Below are positions 7,991-16,319 of a DNA stretch of 42,141 nt, piece by piece (position 1 is the first letter of the stretch; every line of letters starts with the position of its first letter). Below the pieces are notes generated by a model. That model saw only the letters and a list, made by a program, of their open reading frames with translations, searched no databases and was not told where the DNA came from. Source of the DNA: an uncultured Bdellovibrionales bacterium (lineage in GTDB: Bacteria > Patescibacteriota > Minisyncoccia > Moranbacterales > UBA1568); assembly GCA_964550545.1 (NCBI GenBank), contig CAZJZN010000002.1:1-42141 (forward strand), in the 5' to 3' direction. The position numbers and the translations under genes are program-made.

Positions 7991-9213
7991 TGAATCGATT
8001 TCTGGTTATTGTTGGGAAGGCGTATTCCGCAATTCGCCGCGGCGGAATTGTTGGCGGTGGGCGCCGAATCGCTGTGGCGATCGGAGAATTTTTTCGTTTC
8101 GTCGGATCGGGCGACATACTCTTTATTGCGAGCGGAACGGGTGATAGCGCTCGATACCGATGTCGACATATCGCGGAAGCGCTTCGGTTTCGCGGGTTCA
8201 AAACGGCGGTGGCGACGCAGGATAACCTGTTTCTTTCGAAGTATGCCGACAAATTTTCCATAATTGTTTTTCATCGCGTATCGTGGACGCCGAAAATTGA
8301 AAAACTTTTAGACACGCTTTGTGAACGAAAAAAGGCGGTTCTCTTTGATACGGATGATTTGATATTCGACGCGGATCTCTTCAAAAAGACCGCCGCATAT
8401 GGAACAATGAACGCGTTGGAGCGGAAGCAGTATGATGCTGGCGTCGGAAAAGAATTTTTGCAGCATCCGGCAATCGCGGCTTTTTCGACGAGTACGGCGT
8501 TTCTTGCCGATCGACTTCGCCCGTTCGGAAAACCCGTTTTCGTTGTTCCGAATCGGCTCAGTGAAGAAGACGTGAAGAATGCGGAAAGAAGAAGAGAATG
8601 GAGAATGGAGAATGGAGAATGGAGAAAATACAGTGAAGGAAAAAATACACATTCAACATTTCACATTCCAACCCCTGTCGTCATCGGGTATTTCAGCGGA
8701 TCGACCGGACACGATCGGGACTTTGGGACGGTGGCGAATGTTCTTGCTGAACTGTTGGAAGCGCATTCGAACGTACGGCTTTTTATTGCCGGACCGCTGA
8801 TGTTTTCCGGGGCGCTTGAAAAAGTTCGGGATCGGATTATGCGAATTTCGTATGTGTCGCGTCCGAATCATTTCAAAAACCTCGCACGTATCGATATTAA
8901 TATCGCGCCACTCGAAATCGGTGATCCGTTTTGTGAAGCAAAGAGCGAACTCAAATTTTTCGAGGCGGGACTCGTTGGTGTGCCGACGGTCGCCACGGCG
9001 ACCCGGACATTCCGCGAAGCAATCCATGATGGCGTTGATGGATTTGTGGCGATGAATGAGAGTGAATGGCGAGAGAAACTTGAACGGCTTATTCTTGATA
9101 TCGATCTTCGGAAGCGTATGGGCGAGAGAGCGAGAGAAACGGCGCTTGAGAGGTATTCGACGAAAACGGCGCAGGATGACGAATACGTTAATTTTCTTAA
9201 GGAACGCGTATGA
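7990..9213 (+). CDS. GT-B fold glycosyltransferase (GT1/GT4-like C-terminal domain) with a low-complexity interdomain insertion
   Basis: The ORF track start at 7972 is TTG, and the ATG at 7990 (MNRFLVIVGKAY) is more plausible. The C-terminal domain carries CEAKSELKFFEAGLVGVPTVAT (E-x7-E-like). The insertion RREWRMENGEWRKY is encoded by a 7-nt tandem repeat. Confidence 0.8.
   Translation: MNRFLVIVGKAYSAIRRGGIVGGGRRIAVAIGEFFRFVGSGDILFIASGTGDSARYRCRHIAEALRFRGFKTAVATQDNLFLSKYADKFSIIVFHRVSWTPKIEKLLDTLCERKKAVLFDTDDLIFDADLFKKTAAYGTMNALERKQYDAGVGKEFLQHPAIAAFSTSTAFLADRLRPFGKPVFVVPNRLSEEDVKNAERRREWRMENGEWRKYSEGKNTHSTFHIPTPVVIGYFSGSTGHDRDFGTVANVLAELLEAHSNVRLFIAGPLMFSGALEKVRDRIMRISYVSRPNHFKNLARIDINIAPLEIGDPFCEAKSELKFFEAGLVGVPTVATATRTFREAIHDGVDGFVAMNESEWREKLERLILDIDLRKRMGERARETALERYSTKTAQDDEYVNFLKERV
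8594..8626 (+). repeat. Heptanucleotide tandem repeat (GAGAATG x4 plus a partial GAGAA) inside a CDS
   Basis: Read directly: gagaatg at 8594, 8601, 8608 and 8615, then gagaa at 8622. The unit length is not a multiple of 3. Confidence 0.9.
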
Positions 9214-10160
9214 ATATTTTGGTAACGGGCGGAGCGGGATTTATCGGATCGCATCTCACGAAAAAACTGGCGGAGCGCGGCGATCACGTGATTATTCTCG
9301 ACAACTTCAATGATTATTACGATCCGCAATTGAAGCGCGATCGGATCGGTATTTTTTTGAAGGGCGTTGATTTCAAACTCTTTGAAGGCGATATCCGCGA
9401 CGCGAAACTGGTGGAAGGTGTTTTTTCGGAGGAGAAAATAGACAAGGTGGTCCACTTGGCGGCGATGGCGGGTGTGCGGAATTCGCTTGATGACCCCGTT
9501 TCTTATGCCGATATCAATGTAAATGGTACGGTGATACTTCTCGAGGCGGCGCGGAAGCGTGGTGTGGAAAACTTTGTGTACGCATCTTCTTCGAGCGTCT
9601 ACGGCAAGAATGAGAAGCAACCGTTTTCCGAGAGCGATTCGGTGGATATGCCGATTTCTCCGTACGCGGCGAGCAAAAAAGCCGATGAACTTTTCGCTCA
9701 TGTTTGGAGCCATATCTACGGACTCCCGACGACGGGACTCCGATTCTTTACCGTCTATGGTCCATGGGGGCGCCCCGATATGGCGCTTGGAATCTTCACC
9801 AAGAACATTTTCGAAGGGAAGCCGATCGAAGTGAATAATTATGGCAAGATGAGTCGAAACTTCACGTATGTCGACGATATCGTTTCGGGAATACTTGTCG
9901 CGCTCGATGGAAACTTCCCGTATGAAGTGATGAATATCGGCGGTGATGCGGAAAACACGCTTCTCGAATTTATCGAAGAGATCGAAAAAAACTCCGGCAA
10001 AAAAGCGGAAAAGAAAATGATGCCGCTTCCGCCGGGCGATGTCGTTTCGACGGTCGCGGATATCTCAAAACTTCGCGCGCTTGGTTGGGCGCCCTCGACT
10101 CGCATCGATGTCGGTATCAAGAATTTCGTTGATTGGTACCGGGAGTATTATCGAGTGTAG
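9210..10160 (+). CDS. NAD-dependent epimerase/dehydratase, UDP-glucuronate 4-epimerase-like (extended SDR)
   Basis: GGAGFIGSH Rossmann motif, SSSSVYG, and YAASKKADE (YxxxK) are present. The NFNDYYDPQLK segment is typical of the UDP-GlcA 4-epimerase subgroup. ATGA overlap with the upstream GT. The 3' end overlaps the convergent gene by 44 nt. Confidence 0.8.
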   Translation: MNILVTGGAGFIGSHLTKKLAERGDHVIILDNFNDYYDPQLKRDRIGIFLKGVDFKLFEGDIRDAKLVEGVFSEEKIDKVVHLAAMAGVRNSLDDPVSYADINVNGTVILLEAARKRGVENFVYASSSSVYGKNEKQPFSESDSVDMPISPYAASKKADELFAHVWSHIYGLPTTGLRFFTVYGPWGRPDMALGIFTKNIFEGKPIEVNNYGKMSRNFTYVDDIVSGILVALDGNFPYEVMNIGGDAENTLLEFIEEIEKNSGKKAEKKMMPLPPGDVVSTVADISKLRALGWAPSTRIDVGIKNFVDWYREYYRV

Positions 10161-10845
10161 CGTCTTCTTTTGAGGAAAAAGAGAGCGTGAAAAAAAGAAA
10201 CGCGTACGAAAGCCCGACTGAAAGGGCGATGAGTGCTCCCAAGAATGCCCCCTTCAAAAACCACGGTTTGTATTGCGAGATCCGATGATTGAGTTCGACG
10301 ATATCAGCGAAGAGGCTTGCGTTTCGATAGACGGGTCGGAGAGCGAGTGATTCTCCCGGACGGAGCTCGCCATTTATGGAGAGGGAAAGTTTTTCGTTGG
10401 GGAGGGTATTGGGTATGGCGAAAACAGCGGCTTTCTTGGAGCCTTTTTCGGGCGTGAAGTTCGTCTTGAAGCAAAAGGCTTTCCCATCTGAGTCAGGGAG
10501 AGGGGAGAAGAAAAAGTCGGTCGAGTTCTCGGCATTCAACGTTCGTACGAACCGCCTCTCTTCTCGGAGTGTTGTTTTGCAGTGTTCATCAAGAATGGCG
10601 AACGAGAGGGTACCGCCTTCCTTGATGCTCGAACCGCCAAAGAGGACATTCACACCCGAAAGTCCATTGCGTCGCGCGACAAAGGTTTGCGTCGCGCCCG
10701 CCTCGTCGAGCTTTATCTTCTCGCCCTTCTCCATCGGGAAGTGCGTGTCCGGAAATCCAAATTGTCGTTGCAGGTTTGCAAAAACGAGCATGGTTAATAC
10801 GGCGATACTTGCCAGGAAAACAGTTTTGGATGAAGGTCTTTTCAT
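10117..10845 (-). CDS. Bitopic membrane protein (N- and C-terminal TM segments), function unknown
   Basis: The ORF track start at 10950 runs through a GC hairpin repeat (translated WIPAFAGM). The ATG at 10845 gives MKRPSSKTVFLASIAVLTMLVFANL, a signal-anchor-like N-terminus. A C-terminal TM segment GAFLGALIALSVGLSYAFLFF is also present. Confidence 0.55.
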   Translation of the reverse strand: MKRPSSKTVFLASIAVLTMLVFANLQRQFGFPDTHFPMEKGEKIKLDEAGATQTFVARRNGLSGVNVLFGGSSIKEGGTLSFAILDEHCKTTLREERRFVRTLNAENSTDFFFSPLPDSDGKAFCFKTNFTPEKGSKKAAVFAIPNTLPNEKLSLSINGELRPGESLALRPVYRNASLFADIVELNHRISQYKPWFLKGAFLGALIALSVGLSYAFLFFTLSFSSKEDATLDNTPGTNQRNS

Positions 10846-10867
10846 AGGAAGTATTGTCTCATTCGGC

Positions 10868-10887
10868 ATTCCCGCGAAGGCGGGAAT
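10868..10887. repeat. REP-like GC hairpin (attcccgc-gaag-gcgggaat)
   Basis: 8-bp perfect stem with a 4-nt loop in the spacer between two minus-strand genes. It translates as IPAKAGI / IPAFAGM in spurious ORFs on the two strands. Confidence 0.6.
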
Positions 10888-10966
10888 CCAGACTCCACCA
10901 GCTAAACATTTCATCTCTACAAACGAAACTCGTAGAGTGCTCTTTCTCAAGCACGTGGGACCTGGG

Positions 10967-10984
10967 CACCCGCCTTCGCGGGTG
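10967..10984. repeat. REP-like GC hairpin (cacccgc-cttc-gcgggtg)
   Basis: 7-bp perfect stem with a 4-nt loop, 12 nt downstream (on the minus strand) of the stop at 10996. It has the same CCCGC-N4-GCGGG core as 10868 and 2853. Confidence 0.55.
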
Positions 10985-10995
10985 TGACGGATATT

Positions 10996-12435
10996 TTACA
11001 AATAGAAGCGCGGAAGGATGACATCTATGGTGAGATAGAGTGAAAAGAAAAAGAGAAGGAGAACGCTGCCTAAGAGGATATTTTTGAAGTATTCTCGTTT
11101 TCCGAAAAGCATACCGAGTCCGACCATGACGAGGATGAAGTGGGTTGCGAGATTGGGGAGAAAGTAACGTCCCGGCGTGCCGAGTTCGATCGAACCGATC
11201 GCGTGGAACACATTCCAGTCCGCGAGGCGGATGCCGAGTTGGAGCGCGATGATCATGGCAATGAGGAAGAAAATGAATTTCTTCTCGGGTAAGAAATCGG
11301 GTTTGTTTCTTGTAAAGAGAAAGAGGATGAGTCCGATCACGGAGACTGCCTGAATCGGCCAGAGGATAGTGGTGAGATTGTTGACGATGAGGTCGTCATT
11401 CCACCCGAGCGATCCCCAGTACGTGCGCGAGGAGAGTGCGAAGCGTCCCGGCGTGAGGCTCTTGTCGAGATAGTCGCCAAATGAAAGGATCGTTTCGGTG
11501 GCGGATCCTTTGAATGGGAGAAATTCCGAGAGCGAGTATTTCGTTTCAAGCAGGGAATTGGCAATGAAGAACACGCCGGCGAACAGTGTCGCGGAGAGGA
11601 GAATTTTCTTAGGATTTTTGGCTTTCTTGAAGAGATGGAATCCGACAAGTCCCAGGAAGACAACGAAAAGGATGACCGCTGTTCCTTTGGTAAAAACGCC
11701 GATTGCGATTGCGGTTATCATTATGGAAATATTCTTCCAATTGAGTCCGTCACGAAGACTCAAGACGGCACCCCAGGTAAAAAGGAAGAAGAGTGGGATG
11801 AGGAGCGCGTCGTAATTGATATTGGCGGTGTACATCGAAAATTTCGGTTGGAAGGCGACGAGCGCCGCGAAGAGCGTTGCGATGAATGAAGAAAACCCGA
11901 TCGCTCTCGCGATACAAAAGGCGAGGAGGACGGCGATTGTCCCCAGGAATACCGAGAAGATTCGAATCGAATAGAATCGGACGAGAATGTTTTCTCCGGC
12001 AAGCGCTTTTTCGATGGGAGCGGCAAGGGTGTGATAGAGGCTTCCGTTCACGACATCCGGATATTCAAAGAGAGTGTATGGTCGCCATTTTCGTTCGAGG
12101 ATGTCGCGCTCATTTTTCCCTTCGGAGCTCTCCGAAAAGTCCGTCGTATTGTAGAGACCGCTCCGGATATCGTTGATACCAGATGCCGTACCGGCATTCT
12201 GAATTTCTTCGGAGAAATTATAATCGGAGAATACGTCTCGGTTCGCTTTGGCTTTTCTGTCACTCTTTTCCCAATTTTTGTCCGTCGGCTCATTGATGTA
12301 CTGTACGGAATTGTAGTGTCGCGCCTCGTCTTGCCCGGTAAACATTGGAAAGAGCGTCGCCACAAAAACGCCCTTCAAGAAGAAGGTGACAAGGAGGAGG
12401 GAAAGGAGGAAGGCTGGCTTCTGGAAGATTCTCAT
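10996..12435 (-). CDS. Polytopic membrane protein, DUF2142/GT-C-like putative glycosyltransferase
   Basis: 479 aa. The first loop after TM1 carries PMFTGQDEARHYNS (a DE..H acidic motif as in PMT/DUF2142-type GT-C proteins). It is followed by a ~100-aa loop and more than 9 hydrophobic segments. Confidence 0.6.
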   Translation of the reverse strand: MRIFQKPAFLLSLLLVTFFLKGVFVATLFPMFTGQDEARHYNSVQYINEPTDKNWEKSDRKAKANRDVFSDYNFSEEIQNAGTASGINDIRSGLYNTTDFSESSEGKNERDILERKWRPYTLFEYPDVVNGSLYHTLAAPIEKALAGENILVRFYSIRIFSVFLGTIAVLLAFCIARAIGFSSFIATLFAALVAFQPKFSMYTANINYDALLIPLFFLFTWGAVLSLRDGLNWKNISIMITAIAIGVFTKGTAVILFVVFLGLVGFHLFKKAKNPKKILLSATLFAGVFFIANSLLETKYSLSEFLPFKGSATETILSFGDYLDKSLTPGRFALSSRTYWGSLGWNDDLIVNNLTTILWPIQAVSVIGLILFLFTRNKPDFLPEKKFIFFLIAMIIALQLGIRLADWNVFHAIGSIELGTPGRYFLPNLATHFILVMVGLGMLFGKREYFKNILLGSVLLLFFFSLYLTIDVILPRFYL

Positions 12436-12704
12436 AGGGTGAAGTATACTGGAATTGAGCGTTTTTTGGTAGACTCTATATGATCGTCTCCGGAGAGGGC
12501 GGTTTTGGTGCGATTCCTTTATTCATACTTTTCTCTGAATAAAGGAAACGAGAATTCCCGGTTTCCGAGAAATTTTTTCGTTATGTCGAACTCTTCCTCT
12601 TCTTCCCCGACCACGCGAAGTGGATCCTGAAATTGCTGGAATATGTGAAGGGATTGGAAGGGGGGTGAAGGAAGCATATTGTTCCCATTCTTGTTTGAAA
12701 TAGT

Positions 12705-13556
12705 ATGTTTATGAAAAAAAACCTTTACGAAAATATTTATAACAAAGCCGGTTATTTTAGTTTCGGGAAAAACTGGAGTGATTTTTTGGATTCCGCCTTT
12801 GACGAAAATCGACTTAATATTGCAAAGCAATCACTTATTGATTTTCTTGGTGGAGAAGAGAGAATTTCCGGAAAAACTTTCATTGATATCGGTTGCGGAA
12901 GCGGACTCTTTTCTTTGGCCGCGCTTCTTTTGGGGGCCAAAGAAGTAGTAAGTGTGGATATTGATGAAAATTCAGTTGCTTGTGCGCGTCGCTTACGGGA
13001 GAAGTTTCAGCAACTAAAAAATTGGAAAGTGCTTACCGGTTCAGCTTTGGACAAGGATTTTATTCTTTCTCTTGGTCAATTTGATATTGTTTACTCTTGG
13101 GGAGTGCTCCATCATACCGGAAATATGTATCAAGCTCTGGATAATGTAAGCAATCTTATGAAACCGGATGGAATTTTTTATCTCGCTCTTTACAATCGAT
13201 GTCGGAGTTGGTGGATTGGCACCTCCACGTTTTGGCTAAAGGTAAAAAAACTTTACAATCATTCGGGTGTTACCGGGAAAAGACTCATTTTTTATTGTTA
13301 TGTTGTTTATTTTTTTCTTGATTCTTTCATTGCTCTAAAAAATCCGTTCAAGCGCATGAAAGCCTTTAAGCGGCGCGGAATGAACTGGGAACACAATGTT
13401 ATTGATTGGCTCGGCGGGTATCCGTATGAGTTTGCTGGTCCCGATGAGATTGTGAATCATTTTTCTCCTCAAGAGATATTTTGCATAAAGATGACAAATT
13501 CTTATGGTCTTGCATGTGTTGAGTACCTGCTGCAAAAAATAAGCACAGTGAAATGA
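12705..13556 (+). CDS. Class I SAM-dependent methyltransferase
   Basis: Motif I FIDIGCGSGLFSLAALLLGAKEVVSVDID and post-I/II DIVYSWGVLHH are present. Confidence 0.85.
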   Translation: MFMKKNLYENIYNKAGYFSFGKNWSDFLDSAFDENRLNIAKQSLIDFLGGEERISGKTFIDIGCGSGLFSLAALLLGAKEVVSVDIDENSVACARRLREKFQQLKNWKVLTGSALDKDFILSLGQFDIVYSWGVLHHTGNMYQALDNVSNLMKPDGIFYLALYNRCRSWWIGTSTFWLKVKKLYNHSGVTGKRLIFYCYVVYFFLDSFIALKNPFKRMKAFKRRGMNWEHNVIDWLGGYPYEFAGPDEIVNHFSPQEIFCIKMTNSYGLACVEYLLQKISTVK

Positions 13557-14926
13557 AAATCATAATTTCTCTTTCTGATGGAATGGTTGAGAGGAATCTG
13601 TTGAAAACGGATTTTTGGTCGTATTTGACTCAGGAAAAAGAACTGGAAATAATATTGATTTCTTCGAGTAATGAATATTTCAATTATCTTGCAAAGCGCT
13701 ACGCTTCACCAATGGTGAAAGTTGTTTATGAACAATATTCTATTGGTTTAATTGATGCGTTTCTTTCATACCTTACAAGAAATAGTATTCATAGTTGTAC
13801 AATAAAGGAAGAGCAATATAGTCAGAGAAAGGGAATTAATGGGCAGAAAAAAAGATCATTTCTTACATACTGTTCTTTTCGTCTCTGTTGGTATTTGGGG
13901 AAGTACTATTGGTGGAGAAAATTTTTGAGATTTTTGTATCGACATCTGAGTTCTTGTGGATATGCGGAAAGCGTATTGAGAAGGGAAAAGCCGGATTTGG
14001 TTTTTGTTCCATCCATCAATCCATCTGATTACAAGATGATTTGGCAGGCAAGACGGCAGAATGTGCGCTGCGTCCAAATGATAAAGAGTTGGGACAATTT
14101 GAGTAGTAAAACCTTTATGGCTGTCCTTCCAGATTACCTTGTTGTTCATAATAAAATAATAAGAGACGAAGCGGTATATTATGGCGATATGCCAAAAGAT
14201 AAAATTTTTATTTCCGGCATACCACAGTTTGATTATCTGGTTTCCAAGCGGGACGAAATCCTCATAAATCGAGAGGAATTTTACGCTGATCTCGGCATTG
14301 ATTCTTCTCAGAAGGTCATACTTTTCTCAGCTTCCGGAGATAGGATTAGTCCTCATGATGGCGATTATCTTCTTATGCTTGATGAGGCTATAGTGTGCGG
14401 AAGTCTTCCCCATGATACGCACATACATGTTCGGTTGCATCCAAAATATGATAGCAACTTAAAAGGTGTTGAAAAATTGAAACACGTCACAGTTGAGAGA
14501 CCTTTTTCTTATTTAACTAAAGATCACAGGGATTGGGTATTTGAGGAAAAGGATATGAAGCGTTGGTATAATTCCCTTTTTCACAGTGCTATGGTGGTAA
14601 ATGTTGCCTCTACGATGGCTATCGATGCGGCAGTGGTCGAAAGGCCAATAATATCTTTGGGCTTTGATGGATATGGTAAACTTCCCCTGTCTCAATCCGT
14701 CTCTAGATACTATGACCGAGATCATTACAGAAATGTAATAAAGACTGATGCAGTCTTACTGGTTAGGAGCGAACAGGAGTTTATAAATGCTGTTCGCTGT
14801 TATCTCAAAAATCCTCTCCATAAGGAAAATAAACGGAGGAAGCTGGTTGAACAGCAGTGTTACAAAATTGATGGAAATGCTTCAAGCCGATTAGCTGATT
14901 TTCTTCTTAACTTAGTAAAGGGTTAG
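13553..14926 (+). CDS. Uncharacterised protein, paralog A (putative GT-B-like surface-carbohydrate biosynthesis enzyme)
   Basis: 457 aa with an ATGA overlap with the upstream gene. It is colinear and homologous to 16320..17672 (shared SWDN, PDYLVVHN, RDEAV, GIPQFD, IDAAV, YYDRDHYR, QQCYKIDGNASSRLADFLL). I recognise no named family with confidence. Confidence 0.7.
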   Translation: MKIIISLSDGMVERNLLKTDFWSYLTQEKELEIILISSSNEYFNYLAKRYASPMVKVVYEQYSIGLIDAFLSYLTRNSIHSCTIKEEQYSQRKGINGQKKRSFLTYCSFRLCWYLGKYYWWRKFLRFLYRHLSSCGYAESVLRREKPDLVFVPSINPSDYKMIWQARRQNVRCVQMIKSWDNLSSKTFMAVLPDYLVVHNKIIRDEAVYYGDMPKDKIFISGIPQFDYLVSKRDEILINREEFYADLGIDSSQKVILFSASGDRISPHDGDYLLMLDEAIVCGSLPHDTHIHVRLHPKYDSNLKGVEKLKHVTVERPFSYLTKDHRDWVFEEKDMKRWYNSLFHSAMVVNVASTMAIDAAVVERPIISLGFDGYGKLPLSQSVSRYYDRDHYRNVIKTDAVLLVRSEQEFINAVRCYLKNPLHKENKRRKLVEQQCYKIDGNASSRLADFLLNLVKG

Positions 14927-14929
14927 AAG

Positions 14930-16315
14930 ATGATTCATGAATTTTACAAAAGGTTGGCGATGGGGGAGGTAGTAAATAGCCTCTTTATTGTTGCAACAAA
15001 GCCATTGACGCTTATAAATTCACTCGTTGTCATAGGGCTTTTGAGTCTTCATGACTTTGGTGTGTACAGGCTTGTTATGTCTTTTCAGGCGTTAATTTCG
15101 GGATTCTCAATAAATTTTCTTGATAATCTCGTATTAAACGAAATGAATGTGCATCATGGTGAAAAACGGGCATTTAAGGCGAAGCGCATATTTGCAGAAT
15201 ACGTTGTATTAAAGGTGATCATCGGGGCAATTCTTACTGTCGGAGTGTTTTTTTTGGCTGATTTCATCGGGAGGTACTATGACTCAATGGAAGGTATAGG
15301 ATCGTGGATACGTATTATTTCATTTCTCTTCTTGATAGAAAATATTCATTCACTCGCCGTCACTTTTCTGCAGTATCGTCTTAATTTTTTTCTTTCGTCA
15401 TTTTATCTTTTTGCTTACGAAGGAGTGAAACTTATATTTATTCTCGCACTCTATTTTTTCGGAAATTTTGGAATTTCCGAAGTTCTCATACTTACAGTTT
15501 TTTCTCACCTGATAGTTTTTCCATTTGTCCTTATCCCGAGTTTTCGCGGATATTTTGAGAAAAGCGCGGGTGATTCCAAATCAGTTTCATCGGGATTCGG
15601 CTCACCCTTTGTTGCTCTGATACGGCAATGCGGATTTTGGACGGTAGCAAGATACTATCTTTTGAATTTTTCCCAAAATATTCGACCGTGGGTAGTGAAA
15701 TGGTTACTTGGGACGGAAGCAGTTGCGATATTCAGTGTGGCTTTGAGCTTTCTTGGGAGCTTAAAGAGTTTCATTTCTTTTAATTCGCTAAAAGTATACC
15801 TTCCAAGAGAATCTGGAAAAAGAGATCGGATGCGCGAGATTGTGTCGCGTGGAGGGAGGTATCTTACCTATGTTTTTTTCGCTCTATTTGTTTTTGGGAT
15901 TATTGCCGTTCCAATTGTGACAACGATATTTTTTCCGAAATACTGGTCATCCATGCCTCTTTTCTTTATTATGGCGGCATCAATGGTTTTTTTCGGCGTG
16001 TATACAATTTCCGGACAAATACTTTACTCTCTTCGGAGACAGAAGGATCTTTTTTTCGTGGCCATTGCAAGCGCTGTTTCAATGAGTATTTTTTCAATTA
16101 TTTTGATACCAGTCTTTGGTTTATACGGGGTTGCGCTTGAGTTTTTCTTGACTCAATTTGTTGCGCTTGCCGCTTCGCAATTTTTCCTCTTTCGGTATAA
16201 TTCAGAACTCAAATTTCAATGGAAAACCATGTTCATGTTTGATGAATATGATCGGGATCTCCTTCAAAAAGGAATAAAGTTTTTTAGGATGAAGGTTTTG
16301 AGGATGTCCTCGTAG
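14930..16315 (+). CDS. Wzx-like polysaccharide/oligosaccharide flippase (MOP superfamily)
   Basis: 461 aa with ~12 hydrophobic segments along the whole length. It has a typical Wzx size and sits within a glycan gene cluster. The assignment rests on architecture and context. Confidence 0.7.
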   Translation: MIHEFYKRLAMGEVVNSLFIVATKPLTLINSLVVIGLLSLHDFGVYRLVMSFQALISGFSINFLDNLVLNEMNVHHGEKRAFKAKRIFAEYVVLKVIIGAILTVGVFFLADFIGRYYDSMEGIGSWIRIISFLFLIENIHSLAVTFLQYRLNFFLSSFYLFAYEGVKLIFILALYFFGNFGISEVLILTVFSHLIVFPFVLIPSFRGYFEKSAGDSKSVSSGFGSPFVALIRQCGFWTVARYYLLNFSQNIRPWVVKWLLGTEAVAIFSVALSFLGSLKSFISFNSLKVYLPRESGKRDRMREIVSRGGRYLTYVFFALFVFGIIAVPIVTTIFFPKYWSSMPLFFIMAASMVFFGVYTISGQILYSLRRQKDLFFVAIASAVSMSIFSIILIPVFGLYGVALEFFLTQFVALAASQFFLFRYNSELKFQWKTMFMFDEYDRDLLQKGIKFFRMKVLRMSS

Positions 16316-16319
16316 CTCT

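Noticed and set aside
8868-9713. 281-aa minus-strand ORF overlapping the GT-B gene and the epimerase gene
   Set aside because: It crosses the boundary of two well-supported + strand genes (E-x7-E GT domain; GGAGFIGSH/YxxxK SDR). It has an Arg-rich shadow composition.
10376-10987. 203-aa + strand ORF ending in ...GIPAKAGIQTPPAKHF...
   Set aside because: It is antisense to the 10117..10845 gene. Its C-terminal part is simply the translation of the REP-like GC hairpins, and the IPAKAGIQ-type peptide is a known artefact of such palindromes.
12517-12546. Hairpin cctttattca-N10-tgaataaagg, and a second hairpin ggaaac-N11-gtttcc followed by a T-run, in the 12436-12704 intergenic region
   Set aside because: They lie in a divergent promoter region with no upstream gene to terminate on either strand. 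The stems are short and AT-rich, so the evidence for an RNA element is insufficient.
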